Shown here: piece after piece, positions 46,844 through 56,951 of the stretch
Layout of the letters: each line of letters opens with the position of its first letter
How positions within the stretch are numbered: position 1 is the stretch's first letter
From: an uncultured Christensenellaceae bacterium
GTDB lineage: Bacteria > Bacillota > Clostridia > Christensenellales > DTU072
Reading direction: 5' to 3'
Length of the DNA stretch: 64,000 bases
Assembly (NCBI GenBank): GCA_964613035.1
Contig: CAZTFQ010000004.1
Span: 32,818 to 96,817 of the forward strand
Translations under genes and position numbers: made by a program
Notes under the pieces: generated by a model
Database searches by the model: none
Told to the model about the DNA's origin: nothing
The model's input: the letters and a program-made list of their open reading frames with translations, nothing else

Positions 46844-47450
46844 CTGTTAAAAAATTTTTAATAAAAGTTCGCCTATGTATCTCGCAAGGTCCGTTGACTT
46901 TTAATGCTTCGATATGCGTCGCGGTTCCGTACCCTTTGTTTTTAGCAAAATCATATTCGGGATATTTTGTATCCAGGGTTACCATTTCTCTATCTCTGGT
47001 CACTTTTGCTATTATCGAGGCACAGGCTATGCTATAACTAAGAGCATCACCTTTTATGAGCGATTGATACGGCACGGACAGATTTGGTTTCATCGCATCC
47101 ACCAGCACGAAATCAGGCATGACGAAAAGCCCTTCTACGGCTTGCTCCATCGCCAACTTGGTCGCATTATAAATATTAACCGCGTCGACGACCTGTGGAC
47201 TGATATGGACGACGTTATACGAAATACATCTGGATAAAATCAACGGATAAAGAGATTCTCTCTTTTTCTCTGTCAATTTTTTACTATCGTCGACACCGTC
47301 AACGGGATTATCCAGATCCATTATTACAGCCGCCACGACAAGGTCTCCCGCCAGAGGTCCTCGACCTACTTCGTCCACGCCTGCAATATATCGATAACCT
47401 TGAGCTAAAAGCTCCTTTTCATATTTGAGCATATCGACATCGGATTTCAT
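46836..47450 (-). CDS. rnhB: Ribonuclease HII
   Basis: GVDEVGRGPLAG, DSKKL, KGD...SIACASIIAKVTRD, NKGYGT. Confidence 0.96.
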   Translation of the reverse strand: MKSDVDMLKYEKELLAQGYRYIAGVDEVGRGPLAGDLVVAAVIMDLDNPVDGVDDSKKLTEKKRESLYPLILSRCISYNVVHISPQVVDAVNIYNATKLAMEQAVEGLFVMPDFVLVDAMKPNLSVPYQSLIKGDALSYSIACASIIAKVTRDREMVTLDTKYPEYDFAKNKGYGTATHIEALKVNGPCEIHRRTFIKNFLTDD

Positions 47451-48289
47451 TCGACATCCTCCAAACACAGTTTTCCTAAATATCCTTTTCTAAAATCGGA
47501 TAATAGTATTTTAGCTATTCTTTCGTAATCCGTTTCGCCTCGGATTTTCTGAATATTACGCACATTGCCGATATCTTCCATTATTTCGATCGTCTGACGA
47601 TTATCTATATCAACCCCATATCTTGCTTTAATAGAATCGGGGTATTTTTGTTGCAACAGATACAGAAATTCATATCCGAGTTCTGCAACGTCAATTATAT
47701 CTTCCTTGATCGATCCAAGGACAGCCAGTTTCATAGCCTTAGACTCGTCCGAAAAATCCGGATACGTGACGCCCGGACTGTCCAGAAGTTCCAAGTGTCT
47801 TCCGACGGAGACCCATTGTTTTCCTCTGGTAACTCCCGGTTTATTTCCCGTAACGGCTTTTTTTGTTTTAATAAGACTGTTGATCAGAGTGGACTTACCG
47901 GAATTAGGCACGCCTATAACCATTGCTCTTATGGTCTTTTCCACTCCTTTAGCTTTATATTTGTCTCTGATAGGTTGCGAAACGGTCTCCAGAGCTTTTA
48001 TTACTTGCTCTTTATCGTTTTTCTGCACGCTATCCGAAGTAATGACGACTTTTCCCTCGGAACGCATTTTTTTAACGACCGTGTCCAAAACGTCTCGTTC
48101 CACCATATCGGCTTTATTGAGTACGTATACCACGGGACGCTTGGATATAATCGGTTCAAACGCAGGAGAAAAACACGCACTCGGTGCACGTGAGTCCAAT
48201 ACGTATACGACTATATCGACGGACTTCAATTCGGACTCAAGCATTCTTAATGCTTTCGTCATATGTCCGGGGAACCAATGAATTCTCAT
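47447..48289 (-). CDS. ylqF: Ribosome biogenesis GTPase RbgA
   Basis: WFPGHM, NKAD, GVPNSGKS, PGVTRGKQW, DSPG. Confidence 0.96.
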   Translation of the reverse strand: MRIHWFPGHMTKALRMLESELKSVDIVVYVLDSRAPSACFSPAFEPIISKRPVVYVLNKADMVERDVLDTVVKKMRSEGKVVITSDSVQKNDKEQVIKALETVSQPIRDKYKAKGVEKTIRAMVIGVPNSGKSTLINSLIKTKKAVTGNKPGVTRGKQWVSVGRHLELLDSPGVTYPDFSDESKAMKLAVLGSIKEDIIDVAELGYEFLYLLQQKYPDSIKARYGVDIDNRQTIEIMEDIGNVRNIQKIRGETDYERIAKILLSDFRKGYLGKLCLEDVE

Positions 48290-48954
48290 TTAAGTAAATC
48301 GGGACGTTTTTTTCTAGTTACTTCCAGACTCATTTTATCCCGCCATTCTTTTATTTTTTTATGATTGCCGGATAATAAAACCTCGGGAACTTCCATTCCC
48401 TCAAAGCATTGAGGTCTGGTATATTGCGGATACTCCAGCAAATTGTTTTCGAAACTTTCTTCATCCGTAGATGCCTCGGACCCCAACACGCCTTCTATAT
48501 ATCGCGCAACGCAATTGATAACAACGAGACTACCGAGGTCTCCGCAGGTCATTACGTAATCACCTATAGACAACTCTTCGTCTATTTCAAGATCTATTAC
48601 GCGTTGATCTATGCCTTCGTAACTACCGTTAACCAAGAGCAATTTATCTTCTTTGGCAAGTTCTTTTACTCGATTTTGATCCAGTCTTTTCCCTTGGGGA
48701 GAAAGATATATTCTCTTAGCTTTTCTCTCGGGATCGACCGATCTTATGGCAGAAACCAAAGGTTGGCACAGCATAACCATACCGGCGCCTCCTCCGAAAG
48801 GATAATCGTCGGTCTTTTTATGTTTATCTTCGGAAAAATCTCTTACGTTGATTACGTCGACGTCAAAGAGTTTCTTTTCCAGAGCTTTGCCGATTATTCC
48901 GGAATCCAAAACGGAATATATTTCGGGGAAAACAGTCAAAACGTCAATTTTCAT
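48286..48954 (-). CDS. trmD: tRNA (guanine37-N1)-methyltransferase
   Basis: DDYPFGGGAGM, LSPQG, YEGIDQR, SIGDYV, LEYPQYTRP; start at ATG 48954. Confidence 0.97.
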   Translation of the reverse strand: MKIDVLTVFPEIYSVLDSGIIGKALEKKLFDVDVINVRDFSEDKHKKTDDYPFGGGAGMVMLCQPLVSAIRSVDPERKAKRIYLSPQGKRLDQNRVKELAKEDKLLLVNGSYEGIDQRVIDLEIDEELSIGDYVMTCGDLGSLVVINCVARYIEGVLGSEASTDEESFENNLLEYPQYTRPQCFEGMEVPEVLLSGNHKKIKEWRDKMSLEVTRKKRPDLLK

Positions 48955-49444
48955 AGACTGCCACCTTGCATAATTCCATACTGTCCAGAACAATTTTTCC
49001 GATGTCAAGATCTATCTTAATTATAACGGAATTAAGCGCGGGAAACATAAAATTTTTCTCGCCTTTCACAGAATAAATGTCGGCAGAACCGTACTGATTA
49101 ACGTCGTTAAGCACCCCTAGTCGAGCACCGTCCTCATCGACAACGTCTAATCCGAGAATATCTTCTATGTAAAATCTTCCGTCGGGAAGCTTGGGGGCGG
49201 ATTCTCGCTCAATTTCAAGAATTTTACCTCTAAGAAGCTCTGCCGTTTCTATAGAGGCAACGCCTCTTAAGCGAAGATAAACGAAACCTTCTCTTATTCT
49301 GACGCCGTCTATATCGTATCTTACTCCGTCTATCGATAACGACGAAAGCCCCGAAAAATCTTCGGGGACGTCGAAAAACGATCTTACTTTAATTTCGCCT
49401 TTTATTCCTTGAGGTTTTAAAACTTCGCCTATTCTCAGTCGCAT
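48944..49444 (-). CDS. rimM: Ribosome maturation factor RimM
   Basis: KPQGIKGEIKV, FY..DILG; position before trmD. Confidence 0.93.
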   Translation of the reverse strand: MRLRIGEVLKPQGIKGEIKVRSFFDVPEDFSGLSSLSIDGVRYDIDGVRIREGFVYLRLRGVASIETAELLRGKILEIERESAPKLPDGRFYIEDILGLDVVDEDGARLGVLNDVNQYGSADIYSVKGEKNFMFPALNSVIIKIDLDIGKIVLDSMELCKVAVYEN

Positions 49445-49671
49445 TTGTCCTCAATTGAAACAAAACATTTCTGTCCGCTCATTTGAGATTTCATTTTGAC
49501 GATCGTACGAATAGCTTTAGCCAATTTTCCTTGTCTTCCGATAAGTCTGGCTATATGCTCTTTATCGACTAAAATTTTAATCTCAATTTCATCGTCTTCT
49601 TCATAGACGACGAGATCGTAGCTTTCTTTAGGAATAAAGGAAGCAACGAGATAGTCTACCAATTCGTGCAT
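49435..49671 (-). CDS. khpA: KH-domain RNA-binding protein KhpA (YlqC)
   Basis: LIGRQG..AKAIRTIV; between rpsP and rimM. Confidence 0.9.
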   Translation of the reverse strand: MHELVDYLVASFIPKESYDLVVYEEDDEIEIKILVDKEHIARLIGRQGKLAKAIRTIVKMKSQMSGQKCFVSIEDKCD

Positions 49672-49683
49672 AATTAACCTCGA

Positions 49684-49947
49684 TTATGCTTTTTTGACAG
49701 ACTTTTTCTCTTCTATAGCACCGGCTTTGTAGAGAAGGTCTTTAACCGTATCGGTAGGTTGAGCGCCGTTGGCAATCCATTTCTTAGCTAATTCAACGTC
49801 GATTTTTACGTTTTCTTTAGTAGGATCGTAGTATCCGATCTGCTCGATGTAACGACCGTCTCTGGCTTGTCTGCCGTCAACCGCTACGATACGATAAAAA
49901 GGATTCTTCTTCGCGCCCATTCTGGTTAATCTTAATTTTACTGCCAT
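49684..49947 (-). CDS. rpsP: 30S ribosomal protein S16
   Basis: [29 protein letters not shown]. Confidence 0.99.
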   Translation of the reverse strand: MAVKLRLTRMGAKKNPFYRIVAVDGRQARDGRYIEQIGYYDPTKENVKIDVELAKKWIANGAQPTDTVKDLLYKAGAIEEKKSVKKA

Positions 49948-49986
49948 GATTATTTCTCCTTATATGTGGAATTTTATTATTTTTTC

Positions 49987-51303
49987 TTAAAACGGGAATC
50001 TTATTTTTCCCGAACTCATTTTCGCCATCATTTTTTTCATTTGTTCGAATTGATTAATCAATCTGTTGACGTCGGCGACTTCTACTCCGCTACCTTTCGC
50101 AATACGTTTCCTCCGAGACGCGTTAAGAATCTCTGGATATTTACGTTCTTTAGGCGTCATAGAAGTGATGATGGCTTTCGTTTGCTCGATTTTTCTTTCG
50201 TCGACTTCTAGATTCTGTCCCTTAAATTTATTGCTCATTCCGGGAATCATACCTATCATATCAGATAAGTTGCCCATATTTTTAATGCCCGACAATTGCT
50301 CTAAATAATCATTAAGATCGAAGCTCTTGTCTTTCATTTTTTTAGCAAGTCTCAACGCGTCTTCTTCATTGATAGCCTCTTGGGCTTTTTCGATCAACGT
50401 CAACACGTCTCCCATACCCAGCAATCTGGACGCCATGCGTTCCGGATGAAAAGGTTCCAGATCCGTCATTTTTTCACCGACTCCGATAAACTTAATCGGC
50501 TTACCCGTGACGGCTTTGACGGACAGCGCGGCGCCGCCTCTCGTATCGCCGTCCAATTTAGTAAGTATAACGCCGGTAATTTCGAGGGTTTCGTTAAATT
50601 CTTTCGCCACGTTGACGGCATCCTGACCGAGCATCGAATCTATAACCAAAAGAATTTCCGTCGGTTTAACCGCATCGCGAATATCTTTGATTTCTTTCAT
50701 CAATACCTGATCTATATGAAGTCGTCCCGCAGTATCGATAATAACGGTATCGTACCCTTGGGATATTGCATATTTAACACCGTCTCGGGCAATTTTTACG
50801 GCATCTTTATCCTGAGAAGAATACACTTCCGCTCCGGCTTTTTCGCCCACTATCTTCAATTGCTGTATTGCCGCCGGACGATATATGTCGCAAGCCACGA
50901 GAAGCGGCTTCTTACCGTTCTTTTTCAGATTAAGAGCCAGCTTGCCGCACATCGTAGTTTTGCCGGCTCCCTGAAGACCGCTCATCAAAATAACAGTCGG
51001 AGGTCTGTCGGAGACGGCTAACTTCTGGTGAGTAGAACCCATCAATGCGATTAATTCCTCGTTGACGATTTTTACCACTTGCTGAGAACTGTTAAGACCT
51101 TTAAGAATATCGTCTCCCACGGCTCTCTCGGATACTCGATTGATGAATTCTTTCGCAACGGCAAAATTGACGTCGGCTTCAAGTAAAGCGACGCGGATTT
51201 CTCTCATAGCGTTCTTGATCTCAAGCTCGGTAAGCGCGCCCTTGTTTTTTAGTTTAGAAAACACGTGCGACAACTTCTCGGACAACGATCCCATCAATGC
51301 CAT
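49987..51303 (-). CDS. ffh: Signal recognition particle protein
   Basis: ALLEADV, GLQGAGKTT, DTAGRL, TKLDGDTRGGAALS, M domain. Confidence 0.98.
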   Translation of the reverse strand: MALMGSLSEKLSHVFSKLKNKGALTELEIKNAMREIRVALLEADVNFAVAKEFINRVSERAVGDDILKGLNSSQQVVKIVNEELIALMGSTHQKLAVSDRPPTVILMSGLQGAGKTTMCGKLALNLKKNGKKPLLVACDIYRPAAIQQLKIVGEKAGAEVYSSQDKDAVKIARDGVKYAISQGYDTVIIDTAGRLHIDQVLMKEIKDIRDAVKPTEILLVIDSMLGQDAVNVAKEFNETLEITGVILTKLDGDTRGGAALSVKAVTGKPIKFIGVGEKMTDLEPFHPERMASRLLGMGDVLTLIEKAQEAINEEDALRLAKKMKDKSFDLNDYLEQLSGIKNMGNLSDMIGMIPGMSNKFKGQNLEVDERKIEQTKAIITSMTPKERKYPEILNASRRKRIAKGSGVEVADVNRLINQFEQMKKMMAKMSSGKIRFPF

Positions 51304-51304
51304 A

Positions 51305-51631
51305 TCAGATCTCCCTCAATTTCTTTTTCAACACGACGATTTTTTCTTTCATATCGCCGTCGATATCGTCTATCAAGGCGTCGAGTTCTTTTTCGTATTC
51401 GCCTATACGCTTAACGAAATGCAACTTATTTTCCCATTCTGTTATCTTGTCGGACGCTCTTGCGATTACGTCTCTGGCACCTTGACGAGATATTCCGTAA
51501 CTCTCGGCTATCTCGGCATACGACATATCGCAGTCATAATACATTCTAAGAGCCTCTCGTTGATACTCGTTAAGAAGATCGCCGTAATAATCTATTAGCA
51601 GGCAATAATCCGTTTTAGATAATTCTCTCAA
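51305..51631 (-). CDS. ylxM: YlxM family HTH protein
   Basis: DYYGDLL...YY..DMS.AEIAE..GISRQG; upstream of ffh; TTG start at 51631 inferred. Confidence 0.88.
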   Translation of the reverse strand: MRELSKTDYCLLIDYYGDLLNEYQREALRMYYDCDMSYAEIAESYGISRQGARDVIARASDKITEWENKLHFVKRIGEYEKELDALIDDIDGDMKEKIVVLKKKLREI

Positions 51632-51665
51632 AACACACCCTGACAAGTATTTTTACTATACACCA

Positions 51666-51694
51666 ATTATGAAGCATAAATAATACATTGTCAA
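51666..51694 (-). promoter_or_regulatory. Sigma-A promoter of ylxM-ffh-rpsP operon
   Basis: TTGACA-17 nt-CATAAT on minus strand. Confidence 0.65.
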
Positions 51695-51704
51695 ATGTTT
51701 TAAT

Positions 51705-51728
51705 AAAAAAAATCGGCGTTTGCCGATT
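51705..51728 (-). terminator. Intrinsic terminator after ftsY
   Basis: AATCGGC/GCCGATT stem followed by T-run on minus strand. Confidence 0.75.
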
Positions 51729-52620
51729 AAAAAATTCCGTCAACGAATTCTTGCGCGTCAAAGGGCAATAAATCGTCTATTTTTTCCCCCACGCCAACAT
51801 AGACTACGGGGACCTCGTACTCTGCCGATATAGCCAAAACGACTCCGCCTTTCGCGGTACCGTCAAGCTTTGTAAGAATAATTCCGTCGATATCGACGGC
51901 TTCACCGAAAATTTCCACTTGAGAAACCGCATTTTGTCCGGTCGTCGCGTCCAGAACTATATAATTACGGCAATCCGCATTCGGCGCTTCTCTCTCGATT
52001 ACCCTTTCGATTTTTTTAAGCTCCTCCATAAGATTCTTCTTATTATGAAGGCGTCCCGCCGTATCTATCAACACAACGTCTGTATTTTTAGCTTTAGCGG
52101 ATTTAAGCGCATCGAACACAACTGCCGCGGGATCACTCCCCTCTTCGTGTTTTATTATCCTTACGTCGGCTCTTTCCGCCCATATCTCTAATTGATCGGA
52201 CGCAGCAGCCCTGAAAGTATCCGCGGCGGCTACGGTCACGGTTTTCCCGAGACTTTTAAAATAATGAGCCAATTTTCCTATAGCCGTGGTCTTACCTACA
52301 CCGTTAACTCCGGCAACCATTAAGACAAGAGGATATTCATAATCCGGAATATCATAATCTATATTCTCTAAAATAATCCTTTTCAGTTCGCCTTTAGCAT
52401 CTACGGGGGAAGTTATTTTATTTCTAAAAACCGACTCTTTAAGCTCATCGATAACTTGCTCTGTCGCGACCACTCCCATATCGGAAGAAATCAGAGCGTC
52501 TTCCAATTCGTCGTAAAAATCGTCGTCGAGCTCCTTAGCGGAAAACACTTCGAAAAGTTTTTTAGATATACTGTCCTTCGTTTTGATAAGACCTTGTTTT
52601 ATTTTAGAAAAAATTCCCAT
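51727..52620 (-). CDS. ftsY: SRP receptor FtsY
   Basis: GVNGVGKTT, DTFRAAA, DTAGRLH, TKLDGTAKGG. Confidence 0.97.
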   Translation of the reverse strand: MGIFSKIKQGLIKTKDSISKKLFEVFSAKELDDDFYDELEDALISSDMGVVATEQVIDELKESVFRNKITSPVDAKGELKRIILENIDYDIPDYEYPLVLMVAGVNGVGKTTAIGKLAHYFKSLGKTVTVAAADTFRAAASDQLEIWAERADVRIIKHEEGSDPAAVVFDALKSAKAKNTDVVLIDTAGRLHNKKNLMEELKKIERVIEREAPNADCRNYIVLDATTGQNAVSQVEIFGEAVDIDGIILTKLDGTAKGGVVLAISAEYEVPVVYVGVGEKIDDLLPFDAQEFVDGIF

Positions 52621-52622
52621 TA

Positions 52623-55600
52623 TTACCCCTTTTCAGCCATATTGACGGCATCGGTAAGTTGTACGCTGACCACTTTAGATACACCTACTTCCTGCATCGT
52701 GACGCCGTAGAGGTAATCTGCCATTTGCATAGTGGGCTTTTTGTGAGTAATTACGATAAACTGCGTTTTTCCCACAAATTTTTTAAGATATTTAGCAAAT
52801 AATTCCGCATTGATATCGTCCATTGCCGCATCGACTTCGTCCAACACGCAGAAAGGCATCGGCTTAAGCATAATGATGGCAAACAGTATTCCTACCGCAG
52901 TCAGCGCCTGCTCTCCGCCCGACAATTGCCCTACGCTCTTGAGGTTTTTACCTTTCGGCACCGCCTCTATGTCTATCGGAGCGGTAAGGACCGAATCGCC
53001 TTCCGACAAATTAAGTTTAAGATTGGCTCTTCCGCCTTCGAACAACTCAGCGTAAATGTACTTGAAGTTTTCGTTAATCTTATTGAACGCATCGAGGAAA
53101 ACCTTTTCCATCTCTGCCGTCAGATCGGCAATAATCGCAATGAGATCGTTCTCGGCTTTTTCTACGTCGTCGAATTGACGTTTATAATCCTCGTATTTCT
53201 GTTTATCTTCCGCATACGCTTCTACAGCCAGCTCGTTGACGGGACCGTATCCCGCAATCTGACTCTTGATATGCGCAACGTTTTTCATCGCGTTTTCTAT
53301 ATCGAAATCTTCTACACGATACTCTTCCGCACTCTCTTTATCCAATTGATATTCTTCACGGATTTTGGTCTCCATAGCAAGAATATCTTCTTTTAGTCGT
53401 TCGAGTTTTGCACTGATACCGGCTTTTTTCCCGTTAAGAGTGTTGAGCTCTTTATTTATCGATTCGCTTTTTTCTGCGATAGTTTTGAGTTTTTGTTGCA
53501 ACTCTTCGTTATAAGCCTTTATTTCATCGAGTTGCTTTGCCAAGTCGGCAAGTTTGTTTTGATCTTCCGGAGAAAACTTGGTCGTATCGATTTTACTCTG
53601 AGCTTCTTCCAAATCTTTTTTGACGGTCTTTTCTCTCGCCATATCCATTAAGATATCGGATTCCAAGTGAGAGATGTCTGCCGTCAACCGCGTTATCTCG
53701 TGCTCTATGGTGGTCAACTCGTTGCTCGTGGTATTAAGAGAAACTTTCAATTCCGACAATCCGGACGACATGGCATCGCGCTTCTGTCTCAACGCGAAGA
53801 CTTCGTCTTTCATATTATCTAGGAACTCGCCCGCTTCCACTCTCTTGGAAGTAACGTTCTCTTCCATTTTCGAACTGTCTTCTATAAGCTTTTCCAGTTC
53901 TTTGATTTTATTCAAAGTATCGCGATTCTGTCCCGCGGTTTTATTTTCATCCTCTTCTATTGTCCTAGCCTCGTTCCTTTTTGCGTCGATGTTGGCTTTA
54001 ATCGTGGCAATAGTAACGTTGACTTTATCGATTCTGTTGGAAATGATATTCTTAGCCGATTGAAGATTTTTAGATTCCTCTTCCTTGTCGGTCATGTCTT
54101 CTTTGATTGCGTCGATCGCACGCTCTACGGAAGCAAGCTTTTTCTTGCATTCTTCGAGTTCGGAGTCTCTTCCGAGTATTCTCGCATCTTTTGAAGGCTC
54201 TTTTCCGCCCGTAATCGCACCGCCTTGTTGATACAAAGCCCCGTCCAAAGTCACCGCTCTGAAAGAAAAATTGTATTTCCTCATAAGCTTGGCGGCAACG
54301 GCTTTATCTTCCATAATTACGGTTCTGCCCAAAAGATTGGAAATTGCCGGCATTATCTTGCGATCGAATTTTATTAAATCTGATGCTACTCCTATAACAC
54401 CGTCTTCATCCAAAACTCTGTCGTCGGGAATATCGTTAAGCCTCATCGCGTCCAGCGGAAGGAACGTAGCTCTGCCCAGACTTTTGGCTCTAAGATAATC
54501 TATAAGGGTCGCGGCATCTTTCTGAGTATACGTAATAACGTTTTGGATATTGCCTCCGAGAGCGATCTCGATAGCGAGCTGAAGGTCTCTCGGCACGGTA
54601 ATCATTTCACCCACTACGCCTACGAGGCAGCGATTGAGTTCTAAATCCTGAGAAGCGGCTCTCACAATACACCTGACAGAGTCAGCATAGTTGTCGAGCC
54701 TGTTCTTACTCTCCGACAAAATATTTATACGAGTCTCGAGACTCATCGACTCTCTCTCTTGTTCTCTCAGCCTGATGTTGGTTTCATCCAACTCCGCTAA
54801 ACAATTCTGAAGATTTTGTTTGGCACTCTCATACTCTTTAAGCTTATCGGACAACTCGCTTTCGGCTTCTTTCAGTGACTCTTCAAGCGCTTCTATTTCT
54901 TTATTGCAGGCAGCGAGTCGCGCTCTTTTTTCTTTAATCAGCTCTTTATCGTCGCCTAAACTTTCAAGTAAAACGTCTCTTTTCGCAACCAAACCGACCG
55001 TTGCCGATTTAGCATTGGTCAATTCGTCTTGAGACTCTAAAATCAACTCGCGAGAACGTTCCAATTCACGTTCTTTTTTATCTACTTCTTCCGCAAACTT
55101 GTTATAGTTCTCTTCCTCTTTTCCATATGCGACGTTAAGCTCGATAAACGCTTTCGTTTTTTTCTCTTTTTCAATTTCTTTATCGAGTTTTTCTTTGATT
55201 TTATTTTCTTTTAACGTCGTATTGGAGGATATTTCTTTACTTAATTTTTCCAGTTCTTCCGTCGCACGCTCTATTTTTTCTGTATACAACCTATTGGCGC
55301 CTTCGGACTTCTCTCTGGATATCAAAAGTTCCGTACGCTCGTTCTGAATGCGCTCGGAAACGATACCTATATTATTAAGGTCTGCAAAAGCTAAATTATG
55401 ATTACGGGTATTCTCGGCATATTCCGCTTCTTTTTCTTCTATTTCTCTGATTACGGAATTGTATGCATTCTGAAGTTTTGAAGTAACTCCGCTACTATCC
55501 TCGGACTGATGAAGATAGGTGTTGACTTCGATAATTTTAAGTTGCTCTTTAAGGTCTTTAACTTTAATGGCGACTTTTGCCTGTCTTTCCAGAGGCGGAA

Positions 55601-56207
55601 GACGGTTTTCCAACTCGGTCAAAAATGCGAACAGATTATCCTTATTGAGTCGGGCTTTATCCAGCTGTCTCTCGGCGTCCTCTTTTTTATCTCTGAATCC
55701 GGCAACGCCTGCGGCTTCTTCGAATATTTTTCTTCTTTCTTCGGGTTTTTTAGATAAAATTGCGGCGGTTTTACCTTGCTCGATAATGGAATAACCTTCT
55801 TTCCCCAAGCCGGTATCTCTTAATAATTCGAGTACGTCGCGCATTCTTACGGTCTGACCGTTAATGCAATACTCGCTTCCCGAAGAGCGATACAGGCGTC
55901 TCGTAATAACGACTTCATCCGCGTCGATATCATAGTATCTGTCGACGTTGTCGAAAAACAGAGAAACTTCACAAAACGATAAAGACTTTCTAAAATCGGT
56001 ACCGGAAAAAATGACGTCGACCATTGTGCTTCCGCCACGGAGAGCTTTACTGGAATTGTCACCCAATACCCATCTGATGGCATCGGAAACGTTTGACTTT
56101 CCGCAACCGTTAGGACCGACGATACCAATAACGCCGGCGGGAAACTCTATATTGACTTCATCCGCAAAAGATTTGAAGCCTCTTAGCGAAATTTTAGTAA
56201 GATACAA
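52623..56207 (-). CDS. smc: Chromosome segregation protein SMC
   Basis: GFKSFA, GPNGCGKSN, coiled coils with hinge (GRATFLPL), LSGGE, LDEVDAAMD. Confidence 0.97.
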   Translation of the reverse strand: MYLTKISLRGFKSFADEVNIEFPAGVIGIVGPNGCGKSNVSDAIRWVLGDNSSKALRGGSTMVDVIFSGTDFRKSLSFCEVSLFFDNVDRYYDIDADEVVITRRLYRSSGSEYCINGQTVRMRDVLELLRDTGLGKEGYSIIEQGKTAAILSKKPEERRKIFEEAAGVAGFRDKKEDAERQLDKARLNKDNLFAFLTELENRLPPLERQAKVAIKVKDLKEQLKIIEVNTYLHQSEDSSGVTSKLQNAYNSVIREIEEKEAEYAENTRNHNLAFADLNNIGIVSERIQNERTELLISREKSEGANRLYTEKIERATEELEKLSKEISSNTTLKENKIKEKLDKEIEKEKKTKAFIELNVAYGKEEENYNKFAEEVDKKERELERSRELILESQDELTNAKSATVGLVAKRDVLLESLGDDKELIKEKRARLAACNKEIEALEESLKEAESELSDKLKEYESAKQNLQNCLAELDETNIRLREQERESMSLETRINILSESKNRLDNYADSVRCIVRAASQDLELNRCLVGVVGEMITVPRDLQLAIEIALGGNIQNVITYTQKDAATLIDYLRAKSLGRATFLPLDAMRLNDIPDDRVLDEDGVIGVASDLIKFDRKIMPAISNLLGRTVIMEDKAVAAKLMRKYNFSFRAVTLDGALYQQGGAITGGKEPSKDARILGRDSELEECKKKLASVERAIDAIKEDMTDKEEESKNLQSAKNIISNRIDKVNVTIATIKANIDAKRNEARTIEEDENKTAGQNRDTLNKIKELEKLIEDSSKMEENVTSKRVEAGEFLDNMKDEVFALRQKRDAMSSGLSELKVSLNTTSNELTTIEHEITRLTADISHLESDILMDMAREKTVKKDLEEAQSKIDTTKFSPEDQNKLADLAKQLDEIKAYNEELQQKLKTIAEKSESINKELNTLNGKKAGISAKLERLKEDILAMETKIREEYQLDKESAEEYRVEDFDIENAMKNVAHIKSQIAGYGPVNELAVEAYAEDKQKYEDYKRQFDDVEKAENDLIAIIADLTAEMEKVFLDAFNKINENFKYIYAELFEGGRANLKLNLSEGDSVLTAPIDIEAVPKGKNLKSVGQLSGGEQALTAVGILFAIIMLKPMPFCVLDEVDAAMDDINAELFAKYLKKFVGKTQFIVITHKKPTMQMADYLYGVTMQEVGVSKVVSVQLTDAVNMAEKG

Positions 56208-56258
56208 TGCCCGATTCCTCTAAGTAAATATCACTTTATATTAACATAAATTAAAAAA

Positions 56259-56951
56259 TCAGTCAACGGACTTAAAGCCTTTTAACGCCGCGGCGGCTGC
56301 GTTTTGTTCGGCTTCTTTCTTTCTGACGCCTTTTCCCGAACCGACGTTGACTCCGTCTACTTCTACGTGCATAAGAAAATTCTTTTTATGAGACGGACCG
56401 TCTTCGGAATCAAGAACGAAGCGACATTCTTTTTTTAATTTCTGACAGACCGAAATAAGTTCGGACTTATAATCTATACTTGATTTTTGCGATTCGGGGT
56501 CCTTAATCGCCGCCCCCAGATACCTAAATATAAACTTTTTAGATTCTTCTATACCGTTGTCCAAATAGATTGCCGCAACTATCGCTTCGAATAAATTCTC
56601 GTATATATTCAAAACAGCCGATTGATTATCGGGTTTTCCGTTGCCGCCGAATCTCATCTCGTCAATCAAATCACTCTCTATAAAAGCTTCGCTTTCCGCC
56701 TTTCCTCCGACAATTTTTTTTCTTGTCTCGGTTAAAAAATCTTCTCTCTTTTTAGGAAATTTTTCATAAAGAATTTCCGAAACGATATAAGAAACGATGG
56801 CGTCCCCCAGAAATTCCAGACGCTCATTGGACTCGACCTTGTGCTCGTTGGCGTACGACGAATGGGTAAAAGCCGTACACAGCAAAGTTTTGTCATTGAA
56901 TACATATCCTATTTTATTCTCGATTAAGAATGCGTCGATTGATTTATTCAT
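56259..56951 (-). CDS. rnc: Ribonuclease III
   Basis: THSSY, NERLEFLGDA, C-terminal dsRBD (KKEAEQNAA). Confidence 0.96.
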   Translation of the reverse strand: MNKSIDAFLIENKIGYVFNDKTLLCTAFTHSSYANEHKVESNERLEFLGDAIVSYIVSEILYEKFPKKREDFLTETRKKIVGGKAESEAFIESDLIDEMRFGGNGKPDNQSAVLNIYENLFEAIVAAIYLDNGIEESKKFIFRYLGAAIKDPESQKSSIDYKSELISVCQKLKKECRFVLDSEDGPSHKKNFLMHVEVDGVNVGSGKGVRKKEAEQNAAAAALKGFKSVD

